In this document: piece after piece, positions 51,801 to 62,660 of the stretch | How the letters are laid out: the number at the start of each line of letters is the position of its first letter | How positions within the stretch are numbered: position 1 is the first letter of the stretch | NCBI GenBank assembly: GCA_964016885.1 | Contig: OZ024740.1 | Location: 297,228,001-297,292,000, forward strand | Length of the DNA stretch: 64,000 nucleotides | Source of the DNA: Eledone cirrhosa | Lineage: Eukaryota | Direction of reading: 5' to 3' | Notes under the pieces: model-generated | The model's input: the letters and a program-made list of their open reading frames with translations, nothing else | What the model was told of the DNA's origin: nothing | Database searches by the model: none | Translations under genes and position numbers: made by a program

Positions 51801-54157
51801 CTACAAAATACTCTATCTAGATATGATTTGGATGACCCTATGAGGTTTGTCCAAGTCCACATTGGCACATTCGGGAAATCCAATCGGTACCTGTCAGACA
51901 GTTCAAAACGCCTGAGCAGGTTGGTGAGGCTCTTGCACCCTCTTCCCTATCCGCTAATCCTACACAGTCCCAGCGTGCATCTAAGATCCCGTTCCAGTTG
52001 CCCACTAACACTAAAGAAAGGTCTCCAGACGCCGGAAGAAATTAGGCCGCCCTTCTCCTGTCGGGGCATAGACGGCTTGTGGCCTCCTAAGGAAGGATGT
52101 CCTTATAAATCCTCCTGGAGAGTGCTTGTCGGAAGTCTCCGATGTCTTTGGGGAATTTTTGTTTTAGTGTCATGTACCTTTTCTGTGTGATGCGAGTGAT
52201 TTGTATGTGTGGTGGTGGTGTGAACTTTTGGGTTGTTGTGTAGTCTTTTTCTGTGATGCTGGTGTTGTGTTGGATGTAGTGTAATAATTGGTTGTTCAAA
52301 TTTAATGCTGTGTAGTGTGTATCGTTTCGGTTGTTTTGTTTGCGTTTGTTGTGGGGTTGTTTCTGTTTCGCTTTTTGGTGACTTTTGTGGTGTTGGCGAT
52401 GGTGGTGTTGGGGTTAATGATGGTGATGGTGTTGGTGTATGTGGTGATGGGGTTGGTGATGCTGGTGTGGATGGTGACATAGCTGTCCTAACTTTTTTGT
52501 TTGATAGTTAATTTGTTTCCCTCTGTATTTTGTTTTTGGAGGGGGAAGGAAGAGAGTTTTTTCTTTTTTGGTTTCTTTTTCTTTTTTTCCTTTTTCCTGA
52601 TACCGTTTCTCACTCCTCGTCGTCACAATCTGTCTCCAGTTGCGATAGGTCGGGGAGTGGAAAATCCTCCACAGGCGTTGGTTTTGGTTGTGGCGTGGTG
52701 GATGGTGTAGGCGCTGGTGCTAGTTCTGGCGCGTTGGGTGGTGTTGGTGTTGGTTTTGCTACTGTTGCTGGGGTCGTTGCTGTTACAATTGCTTCTGTTG
52801 TTGCTGCCATTTCTGCTGCTGGTGGTGTTGATGGTTGAGTCACTGGGTGGCTGAGAGAGGTGGCCTCAACCTTTTAGCCTGAGGGCAGAAAGCCCTTAGG
52901 TGGGTTCCTTCACCACAAACGACACACCTAGGCCTTCTGCCCTCGACGATTACGGTGAGGTGGCTGCCGTCAGTGAGGTCTATTACCTCTGGGATCTCCT
53001 CAATACTTTTTTGGTCCGCTTGGATCAGGAGCTCCATCCCAGAACGGACCAGTTCTCCTGCTTTTCTTTCGCTATTTCGATTATCTTGGTGTTGGCCTCG
53101 ATGCCGGCTAGGACGGCAGCCATTAGCCAGCGAATTTCGATGGCCGGTGTAACGTGGGTCACCCTGATCTTTACGAGTCTCTGGCCACAATAGCTTGGGA
53201 CGAGTGTGAAGTCGTCACTTCTTAATGGGGCCATGAAGTGTTCTCTGGCCTCCTGTGGTGTTCCAAAGAACACGTCCACGGTTCCATATTTCTGCCCACG
53301 TCTGATGTGGGGTTTTTTTGCCCACACATGTCCCAAAGATTTTTGGATTTGGAACTCGGATGCCCGTTCCACTCAGCGCGATTTTATGTTAATCGTCCGA
53401 TAAGACACGGTGCATAGGCGCCGATGCTCTATTTTATTAGGTGGGGGAGGGTGAGGCTGACCCTGTACCCATCTTTCTTTACCATTCTCTTAGCTTCATC
53501 TAATTCCTCCTGAGTTTCCTGGATTGCTTCGCACTTTTTTGCTACTCTGGTAAAAGACAGGGTGGTTTTCTTATTCTCATTGTTGTTGTTGCTGTTGTTG
53601 TTATCGTTATTTTTGTCATTGTTATTTTTTGTTTCAGTTGTGGTGGTGGTGGCGTCAGTGGTGTTTGGTGTGGAAGAGTCCATTCTCGGTGAAACCATTT
53701 CGATGTCACGAGATAATTTATTTTTTTCTTTAGTTTTTGTTGTCACTGTGGTGGTGGTGGAGGTGGCGGCTTCAACACCTGCAGTCATTGGTAATGGCGG
53801 GAAATGAATGTCTGCATGAGACAAATTTAAATTATTGCTACTGCTTATATTTTTAGTGTTGGAAAACGTAGTTATATTTACAATGGTGGTGTCGGTGTGA
53901 GGTGTTAGTTTGTGAGGAAGGTGTGACTGTGAGTCGTCCATGATTTTTTCAAAGAAATTTTTTTTGCTTGATAATTATAAAAGTTTAAATTTTGGGCTCA
54001 AAACCCCAATCTTTTTGAGTGTCCTTTTCCGAAAGCAAATTTTGTGACCTTATAAATAGTTAACAACAAAAATTTTCCATAGATGGCAATTTTAAACAAA
54101 CGAAAACAACAAACCTTTGCGGAGCTCACGATGATACGATTTCCTACGTAGGTCGCC
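48861..54157 (-). mobile_element. Tx1 LINE copy E (same subfamily as A and B; both ends present)
   Basis: 5' end GGCGACCTAC as in copy A; (AAT)n on both flanks; deletion removes the ORF1/ORF2 junction at ~52075. Confidence 0.92.
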
Positions 54158-54210
<53 letters not shown>

Positions 54211-54219
54211 TAACAATAA

Positions 54220-54998
54220 TACACAAGATCAGTGTCTGCCAACAAAAACTTACCAAGCCAACATAATAAAAAATGGATGCAACCCATTATGCCGTGTATG
54301 CAAAAAATAACCAGAGACCATTGATCATATGATTTCAATGTGCAGTCCTATAGCTCCAACCTACTACCTAAACAGGCATGACAGAGCTGCACAATATATA
54401 CATTGGATAATGTGTAAGCATTTTGACCTGCCCCATCAAAAGAATTGGTGGGAGCATCAACCACCTCCCATACTTGAAAAAGATCACATCTCAATCTTGT
54501 GGAACTTTAGCATCCAAACAGACCGAAAAATAGATGCAAATAGACCTGATATAATACTGAAGGACTTTAAAAAGAGGGTATGCCTGATAATTAATAAGTC
54601 TGTTCCAATAGACAAGAATGTATCTATAAAAACATTTGAAAAATTGAGCAAGTATAAGGACCTGGCGATAGAAATTGGAAAAATGTGAAAATTGAGAACT
54701 AAAACAATACCAGTGGTTGTAGGCGCTCTGGGAATGATACCGAAGGCGTCTAATGATTACTTATCGCAAATCCCAGGAAACCCGCGTATAAGAGAAATAC
54801 AAAAGTTAGTACTAATGGGAACTGCCCATATACTAAGGAAGATTCTGTCAATATAAGTACATCACAAGTCTAAACACCTAAAGATGCTTGTGTGTATGTA
54901 TGTTCTTTCTTGAACATGGCGGACCTTGTTGTCTCTTGAAGTCACTGGTTGTGACTTGGTGATAACTCGTATGAACATAAAGCAAGATAAATGCAACT

Positions 54999-55000
<2 letters not shown>
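54220..55000 (+). mobile_element. R4/Dong-like LINE 3' fragment with (TAA)n tail
   Basis: CRVC..ETIDHMISMC..RHD..ANRPDIILKD..EKLSKYKDL..PVVVGALG; 3' UTR runs into (AAT)n. Confidence 0.88.
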
Positions 55001-55049
<49 letters not shown>

Positions 55050-55052
<3 letters not shown>

Positions 55053-55322
55053 TTTTCTTTATTGACCAGAATGGGTTTACAAAAAATACATTAAAGATAG
55101 TACAGAACAGTACAATGTAGGTTTCTGTTTGTAAAAATGACCATAAAACAAAAACAAGATGTAACAAAAAATAGAAACAAAAAAAATTCCGAAGGTCACT
55201 AGAGGAGAAATCCTACAAAAGCCACAGTTACCCTGCACACAAGGGCAAGTGCCCTCACGCAGGTGTCCTCTTTCAATTTACAGGCACACGCTCAGAGCAG
55301 GATCATTCACTCGGGCCATTTT
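55050..55322 (-). mobile_element. Tx1-like LINE 3' fragment (copy F)
   Basis: ORF2 C-terminus plus 3' UTR with AATAAA; (AAT)n on both sides. Confidence 0.8.
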
Positions 55323-55324
55323 AA

Positions 55325-55485
55325 TAATAATAATTGTTTCTACTTTTGGCACAAGTGCATTGCTGGTAGTTTATTTTATCGACCCCGTAAGGATGAAAGC
55401 CAAAGTTAACCTCGGCCGGATTTGAACTCAGACCGTAAAGGGGCGTAACTCTATGCTAAAAAGCATGGTGTCCGACTCTCTATCA
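55325..55485 (-). mobile_element. tRNA-derived SINE (family 1), partly deleted
   Basis: Matches the family 1 body and tail. Confidence 0.8.
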
Positions 55486-55498
55486 ATCTAAATAATAA

Positions 55499-56367
55499 CA
55501 CTAGTCAACAACATTTTTTCTGCTGACCTAATTTTGAGACCTGATTGTGAGTAATTTGATGCCGCTGAGTTTAAAAATTGCAATACTTTTTTCTATTACG
55601 ACAAGTTTCTTTTGTCTATGGGCTGGTTTATATTAGCCCCACCCAAAGCAACAAGAGATATCAAAGGTAATAATTTATGTTGATATTTTAATTTATCTAT
55701 GTATTTAGACATTTTCTTATCTATCTAGATACACTTAGATATATGAATATATTATATCTAATAACTATTTTCCCTTTTTCCAAATTGATTTTAAGAAATA
55801 ACGCAGGTGTTCTGTAACATGACTTCATGACGAAGAAAATGTTTGCATTCCTCTGACTCTTTTCACCAATGAACAAAGGCCACAAGGAAATAACTAGCAT
55901 TTGGCATTCCTATGGTATGGGGGGAGCCAAAGAACTATGCAGAAAATTGTTACTTTTGTACACAAACACTTATGGTTATAGCAAGAAAGCTCGGCAGAAA
56001 GTAAGTTACCCAAATCTGGATTCAGCAATTCGCCCTGTGCTTCACTCAGATCGAGTACCAGTACCCGTTTACACATAATTACCTTCACTGGAAGATGAAA
56101 GTAATATATGTGTATCCGATGTAACATAACACTGATACAGATTTTTTAGATACAGCAACAAAGAAACGTGAAAAGTTCAACCAGGCAGAACTGAATGATT
56201 TAGCTAGAGACTTTCAAAAGAGTTGTCAGAACTGTTAGCATCTAGACTTGCTATACAATGAAAACCCGATGTGTTAGGAAAACAATTGATGCCGTATTTG
56301 AAATCAGCACAACAAAGTTAGCTAAAAACAACAAAACCTAAGTCAGCAAAAAATGTGTTGACCAGTG
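55499..56367 (+). mobile_element. Internally deleted Chapaev3-like (CMC) DNA transposon
   Basis: ~30-bp TIRs CACTAGTCAACA / TGTTGACCAGTG; 3-bp TSD TAA; remnants YPNLDSAIRPVLHS and FNQAELNDLARD; family name is from recall of CAC termini with TWA TSD. Confidence 0.75.
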
Positions 56368-56397
56368 TAATTGTTTCTACTTTAGGCACAAGGCCAG

Positions 56398-56545
56398 CTT
56401 TCTCAAATAGTGTCAAGTTCAATATCTTGATAGCAAACCCAGTAAGGGTGATGCGAAATGTCTCCCGCATGTGCGAGCCAACAGAGTTAAAGAGACACAT
56501 GCAGCACTTCATCCACCGCATGCAGTTCTCTGGATATGACCATTG
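56398..56545 (+). mobile_element. PLE RT-thumb fragment
   Basis: NILIANPVRVMRNVSRMCEPTELKRHMQHFIHRMQFSGY is homologous to 57845-57962. Confidence 0.75.
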
Positions 56546-57458
56546 GCATGAATACAGAATTGAAGCGAGTTAGACTTTTACACCAACCTCCCTTTTTCTA
56601 ATTACCGAATACTGAAGATGACGCATTACTGCTGCAGCTCTTGCAATACTTGCACTTAGTTGAGCCTCCCGCCTTCTATTACTCGTGAACAAAGAGCCGA
56701 AGTGCTTGAGCTTTTCCACCTAGATTACTTCAGATAAAAATTTGCCTCTAAAATTGAGTTCAAACTTTGATATTATGGAGATAAAGATAGGATTTTTGAT
56801 AAAATAGTTATATTCGAGTTAAATAGAATATTAAAAGAAATAACTATTTGTTAGACTAGTATCTTGTTACTTTTAAATACATAAGTTTGTCTGTTTATGT
56901 CACGGTGCTCTAGCTCTCTTTTTTATAAATTTGTGTAGGTGTATGCATTTACTATTGTGTGTGTATGATTAAATATATTTGTGCTTGCTCTATTATGTGA
57001 TATATGCGTCTCCCCCCCCCCCCCTCTCTCTGCCCCACACACTCTCTCTCCCTTTCCCTCTGTGTATATATATATATATATATATATTTCGTTTCTGAAT
57101 TTGTTTAGCAAGATTCTTTATCTGAAATCGTGTGTTGAAACCGATATTGTTATACTTTGGGAGGGTCATGTTGCCAATAAGAAGCACACGCACCAGTTGC
57201 TTTCACTTCAATTTATTATATATTTATAAATTTACAAATTTATAAATTTCTGGTTGGTTGGTTGGTTCCACAACCAGATAGTTGTTTATATATAGTCATA
57301 GTTCTTTCGTCACACACTCTGTGACCTCTTCAGTGACTGGGGATTCCTTTCTTTGTTTCTGTGCCTCTCCTTTGTTCTGTCCTACGCCATTTTGTTTCTG
57401 TGTGTGTGTTGTGTGCTCAGTCTGCGCATGCGCCACATCCGGGTGTCTGTGTGTGTTT

Positions 57459-58679
57459 ATAGCTAACTTATTCATGGTATGGTGGGACAGTAGACTTAAA
57501 CTTAAAGAACAATTAGAAGACCCCTTAACCCTGATAATGTACTCCCGCTACGTAGATGATATAAACATCGTAGTTAAGACACCCCCACTAGAGAACAGTC
57601 AGCACCTAGAGAAAAACACAATGGAAAGCATCCAGCAAATAGCAAACTCCATCCACCAGAGCATTAGAGTTACTATAGACTACCCAAGTAAACACCCCAA
57701 CCATCGATTACCTGTACTAGACACAGAGCTCTGGTTAAATACCATTAACAACAAAAAACAAATCCTCCATTCCCATTATGCCAAACCCATGACTTCCAAA
57801 CATCTGATCCACCGAAACTCGGCCATTTCGGACCATACCAAAATCAACATACTGATTGCGGATTTGGTACGGGTGATGAGAAATGTGTCCCGCATGTGCA
57901 ACCCCGAAGAACTAGAGAGACACATACAACACTTCATCCACCGTATGCAGTTCTCTGGCTACAATCAGAGAGATAGAATCAGAGTGTATAGAGGAGCCAG
58001 AACCAAATGTGAAAAAATGGTAAATAATGACATAAATGGGACCTGCCCCTTGTATAGGAGCAAATTTTGGAATAGAATAGAAAGAACTAGGAACAAGGCT
58101 AATAGAATAAACTCATGGTATGATAGCAATAAATACCAGAGTGTAATGTTCATCGATACAACCCCTAGAGGTGAACTAGCTTACAAATTTAGAAGGGCCC
58201 TAAATAAACATAAACTCAATATTAAGATAGTAGAAAGACCAGGTACCTCCGTAAAAACACTTATTAGCAAGACATACCCTTTTCAAAGACCCTCATGTAT
58301 AGATAAGAAATGTGTAACCTGTAAAATAAGCCCCCATATTAACTGTAAAACTAGAAATGTAGTGTATAGCATAAGATGTACTGAAGGACAATGTAGAGAC
58401 AAAAATATAGTGTACATAGGTGAGACAGCTCGTAGTGTAGGGGAACGGATAAATGAACACTGGCGAGACCTTCAAGATAATAAAGAATCATCTGTACTCT
58501 ACCAACATGCTAAGATAGAACACAAGGGTAAATTAGAGAACATAGAAATAAAAATAGAATCTACACACAGAAAAGACGCAATGTTTAGACAAATTACAGA
58601 GGCAATAAACATAAAAGAATTACAACCAAAATTAAATAGAAAATATGAGTGGAACAGCAACATCACAACTTACAATTAA
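57459..58679 (+). CDS. PLE RT C-terminus, Cys-rich linker and GIY-YIG endonuclease; open frame but 5'-truncated
   Basis: ANLFM, YSRYVDD, LPVLD, CIDKKCVTC, NVVY..C..YIGETAR..RINEH, QITEA..P.LNRK; no stops over ~400 codons; the first ~59 aa of the tracked ORF are inverted-pLTR read-in. Confidence 0.85.
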   Translation: MANLFMVWWDSRLKLKEQLEDPLTLIMYSRYVDDINIVVKTPPLENSQHLEKNTMESIQQIANSIHQSIRVTIDYPSKHPNHRLPVLDTELWLNTINNKKQILHSHYAKPMTSKHLIHRNSAISDHTKINILIADLVRVMRNVSRMCNPEELERHIQHFIHRMQFSGYNQRDRIRVYRGARTKCEKMVNNDINGTCPLYRSKFWNRIERTRNKANRINSWYDSNKYQSVMFIDTTPRGELAYKFRRALNKHKLNIKIVERPGTSVKTLISKTYPFQRPSCIDKKCVTCKISPHINCKTRNVVYSIRCTEGQCRDKNIVYIGETARSVGERINEHWRDLQDNKESSVLYQHAKIEHKGKLENIEIKIESTHRKDAMFRQITEAINIKELQPKLNRKYEWNSNITTYN

Positions 58680-58874
58680 GGACAAAATGAAAACACACAC
58701 ACACATAGAACAAACAACCAACCAGTAACATGTAAATAAACAAATAGATAAATGAACATAAACACACACAGACACCCGGATGTGGCGCTGCGCAGACTGA
58801 GCACGCAACACACAGAAACAAAATGGCGTAGGACAGAACAAAGGAGAGGCACAGAAACAAAGAAAGGAATCCCC

Positions 58875-58919
58875 AGTCACTGAAGAGGTCACAGAGTGTG
58901 TGACGAAAGAACTATGACT
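58875..58919 (+). ncRNA. Minimal hammerhead ribozyme (mirror 57294-57338, minus strand)
   Basis: AGTCA-CTGAAGA-G-GTCACA/TGTGAC-GAAA-GAAC-TA-TGACT. Confidence 0.8.
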
Positions 58920-59081
58920 ATATATAAACAACTATCTGGTTGTGGAACCAACCAACCAACCAGAAATTTATAAATTTGTAAATTTATAAATATATAATAA
59001 ATTGAAGTGAAAGCAACTGGTGCGTGTGTTTCTTATTGGCAACATGACCCTCCCAAAGTATAACAATATATATATATATAT

Positions 59082-59736
59082 ATAAACATAAGTATGTATA
59101 CGTACATACATATATGTATACAGACGTACAGTAGTATGTATATATATATACATACATGCACACATATATATATGTACGTATGGATTCACCAAACATTTAT
59201 TATAATGCTCGGTGTGTTTGTAAACAAACATCCCGTATAAAGTCGCAGTGTCTAGCAACCACCGTTGCTCGTTTGTTCAACACTGACAAAGGAACGCTGA
59301 CTAGTTTCAAGCTTGTTAGCTATCGTCAGCAACGTATACGTTCCTGCCAGATTGTTGAACGTCCGAAAGTATATACTTTCCTTATGCATTTTAACTTGCT
59401 GAGTAGCCCAATTTGCATATCGAGTGGGTTAATCGGCCGGGTGCACCGGTACAGCTTGAAACTAGTACAGCGTTCCTTTGTCAGTGTTGAACAAACGAGC
59501 AACGGTGGTTGCTAGACACTGCGGCTTTATACGGGATGTTTGTTTATAAACACACCGAGTATTATAATAAATGTTTGGTGAATCCATACGTACATATATA
59601 TATATATGTGTGCATGTATGTATATAGATACATACTACTGTACGTCTGTATACATATATGTATGTACGTATACATACTTATATTTAAGTAACAGCCGTAC
59701 TAAGAGTGGGAAATGAAATTTCGTTTCATTTTTTTC

Positions 59737-59740
<4 letters not shown>
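59082..59740. mobile_element. Head-to-head PLE pseudo-LTR hairpin (arms 59082-59313 and 59453-59686) with tail
   Basis: ~230-bp inverted arms in (TA)n; hammerhead at 59295-59334 (minus strand) CGTTG-CTGACGA-TAGCT/AGCTT-GAAA-CTAG-T(A)-CAGCG. Confidence 0.85.
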
Positions 59741-59816
<76 letters not shown>

Positions 59817-60128
59817 ATCTACCAAAATATACGGTAATGTCCAATCCGTATGAAGAACTCAATGTAATCCAAATATCATGAAAAGAGAAGATGCATTCAA
59901 AACTTTTCGATGAAAATCACAGGAAAACAGAGTCAAGATAAATTAATAAAAACAATGAATAAAAACAAAGAACAAGTTTCTTATATAAAAAAATTCATCA
60001 TTTTACGATCGTTTCTAGGATATATATGTGTGTTGGTATATATATCATATAGATCTATATAAAAATATTACAAACTATCAGAGGAAATATACATACCTTC
60101 ACATATATATGCTGTCTTCAGAAACATA

Positions 60129-60197
<69 letters not shown>

Positions 60198-61800
60198 CGG
60201 AAGAGTGTGAGAGAGAGAGAGCAAAGGAGAGAGAGAGAGAGCAAAGGAGAGAGAGAGAGAGAGAGAGAGAGAGACGCATATATCACATAATAGAACGTAT
60301 TACAGTCCCACATTATACCCTAACGCAGTGGTTCTCAACCTTTTTTTGCCAACGGCACATCTTGGAACACATGAAAAAATAACGGCATACCTGGCTAAAT
60401 ATATATGAAAAATATTTGAATTTTATAAAATAACAACATGGCAAGTTATAGACAGCATACAACCATAGACACAGACTAGTCATAGACACATAGAATGATT
60501 CAAACTAAATAAAGAAAAACACAGCTATGAACTTACTTTATTGCAGTGTTTCGAATTTCATCAGTCAAATAGCTGGCTTCTTTAGTGAGAAATTTGTGCC
60601 TGGCTTTTATTCATAATTTCCTCAATGTTTGGTCGAATATGAGACAGACACACCCTCATTTCTTCTTCCGTTGTACGTAATCTCTCACGCTTCCTGTTTT
60701 TGATGTTGTTTAATGTTGAGAAGCCCAATTCACATATATAAGAAGTTGAAAATTGTTATAAAATTGCTAAAGCTCTTTTACATAATATGGGATACTCCTC
60801 TTAAATTGAAATCCAAAATGAATCAATGAGCCGAGTCGAATGTTTTAATTTTAGCCCTTGGTCACTAGAAAGGGTGGCCAGTTCTTCTTCTTCCTGTAAC
60901 TCAAGTTCAATGCTGGAAGAATTATTTATGAAAGGATCCCTAATCCAATCATACTTTTCTGTCTTTAATGACGGAAAGTAATTGTTGATGCTTTTGTCCA
61001 GGGCTGTCAGATGAGTAACCACAATAGGGATCATTTCGCTAATGCAGGTAGAACACAATAAAGGGAACATATCAAGATTGCCAGTGATTGCTCTTTTTTC
61101 CAAAACACAATTTTCTTTTTGATGTCAACTTACTTGTCTGTTGAAGTGAGAATATTTTCGTTTTTACCTTGCATACTACTGTTTGTTTTATTTAGTTCAC
61201 TAAATATTTCTGTTAGGTATTCCATTTTAGACATCCAAAATTCGCAACTAAGGTATTCACAGAATTTCTCCTGCTTTTCATGGAGAAAAAATGATAGTAA
61301 TTCCTTGTGCACTCCGTGAACATGATTTAGTATTTTGCCTTTCGACAGCCAGCGAACCTCACTGTGCATTAATAACTTAACATGCTGAGAGTCCATTTCT
61401 TTGTGCAGTTGTTCAAATAATTGTGACTTCAATGGCCTACTTTTTATATAATTGACCATTCCAACTTGATGTAACACAACCTTTAAATCTTCCTGCGATA
61501 TTTTTGAAACAAGAACTTCTCTATGTAGAAAGCAATGAGTACGAATGAGATTTGGATTTTCTTTTTCTACGAAGGATACAAATCCTTTAATATAGCCTGT
61601 CATACATGGGTCTCCATCGGTGCAAATGCCAACATAGGACTTCCAAGACAAATTCATTTCTTTCAGGTAGCCTGTTATCAAATCAAAAATATCTTGACCT
61701 CTTGTAGTTGTGGACATTTCTTTACAGCACAAAAATTGATTGATTATTTCATTCTCGTCAATAAAACGTACAAATGTAAGCAATTGACTTTTATTACTAA

Positions 61801-62660
61801 CTAGCAGTAAAGCCCGGCGTTGCTCGGGGTCGCTCAGTAGCTGTGTTAAAGTTACAATGTTAAGTTTCTTTCTTGGCTTAAAAACTGTAGTGTCTACTGT
61901 GCAGACTTGCATGTGGTGTTTTTGTTTAATATTCCCTCAACCAACAATATGCCTTATGAAGTTAAGAAAACATAACGATAACCCGAATGTTATAACAAAA
62001 GAGGATGCTGGGGATAGAAACTGCACTGGTTATTTATTAACAAAGATCGAAAATGTAAACACTGCAACGCAGAGAAAAACATTAGCGTAACCAAATTATC
62101 AGTTATGTCTGTCTGCACGCCTATATCACCTCTCTGCACGACTGTCTGTCTGCACGCCTATATCACCTCTCTGCACGCGTATATCACCTCTCTGCACGAC
62201 TGTCTGTCTGCACGACTGTCTGTCTGCACGCCTAACGACGAAATATTTGCTTGTTTTACGTAGTCTTTAAATAGACTTGTTTTCAAGTAAAAATATTGTT
62301 TTAAAATGCTTTTAAATGGAAATGAAGCAAAACGGAAGCTTAGTGTTCGAACTGATGAATTTAGCAGGTCAATATTTTGCTGGCTCGACAACTGTTAAAG
62401 CCAGCGTAATTTTTTACGTAAGACGCTCAATGTAAACAGAACAAAGGGAAATAACTGATAACTTACGCTCAAAAATCGATACATTATATTCGATTTCGTC
62501 ACATAGGGTGGGTCAATTTGAAATTTTTTTTTCCGATGTCTTCGCTAGGGCTCAATGTACAAGTATAGCAATTTCGGTGCAATTCCGTGAGAGATTCTAA
62601 GAGGAGATGTGTGCCAAAAATTGATAGACAGACAGACAACCACAGTTTTATATATATAGA
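61801..62660 (-). mobile_element. Non-autonomous Helitron, 860 bp
   Basis: Minus strand A|TCTATATATAT...CCCGAGCAACGCCGGG-ctttactg-CTAG|T; no TSD; removing it restores GAC ATT AGT AAT (DISN) in the transposase. Confidence 0.92.
62107..62233. repeat. Compound tandem repeat inside the Helitron
   Basis: Interleaved units CTGTCTGTCTGCACG and TATATCACCTCTCTGCACG. Confidence 0.85.

Larger units (their letters stand above)
57087..59068 (+). mobile_element. Young 5'-truncated Penelope-like element (Neptune/Nematis-like) with inverted pseudo-LTR and tail
   Basis: Inverted arms ~57145-57458 and ~58758-59068; tail 57087-57144; (TA)n on both sides. Confidence 0.93.
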
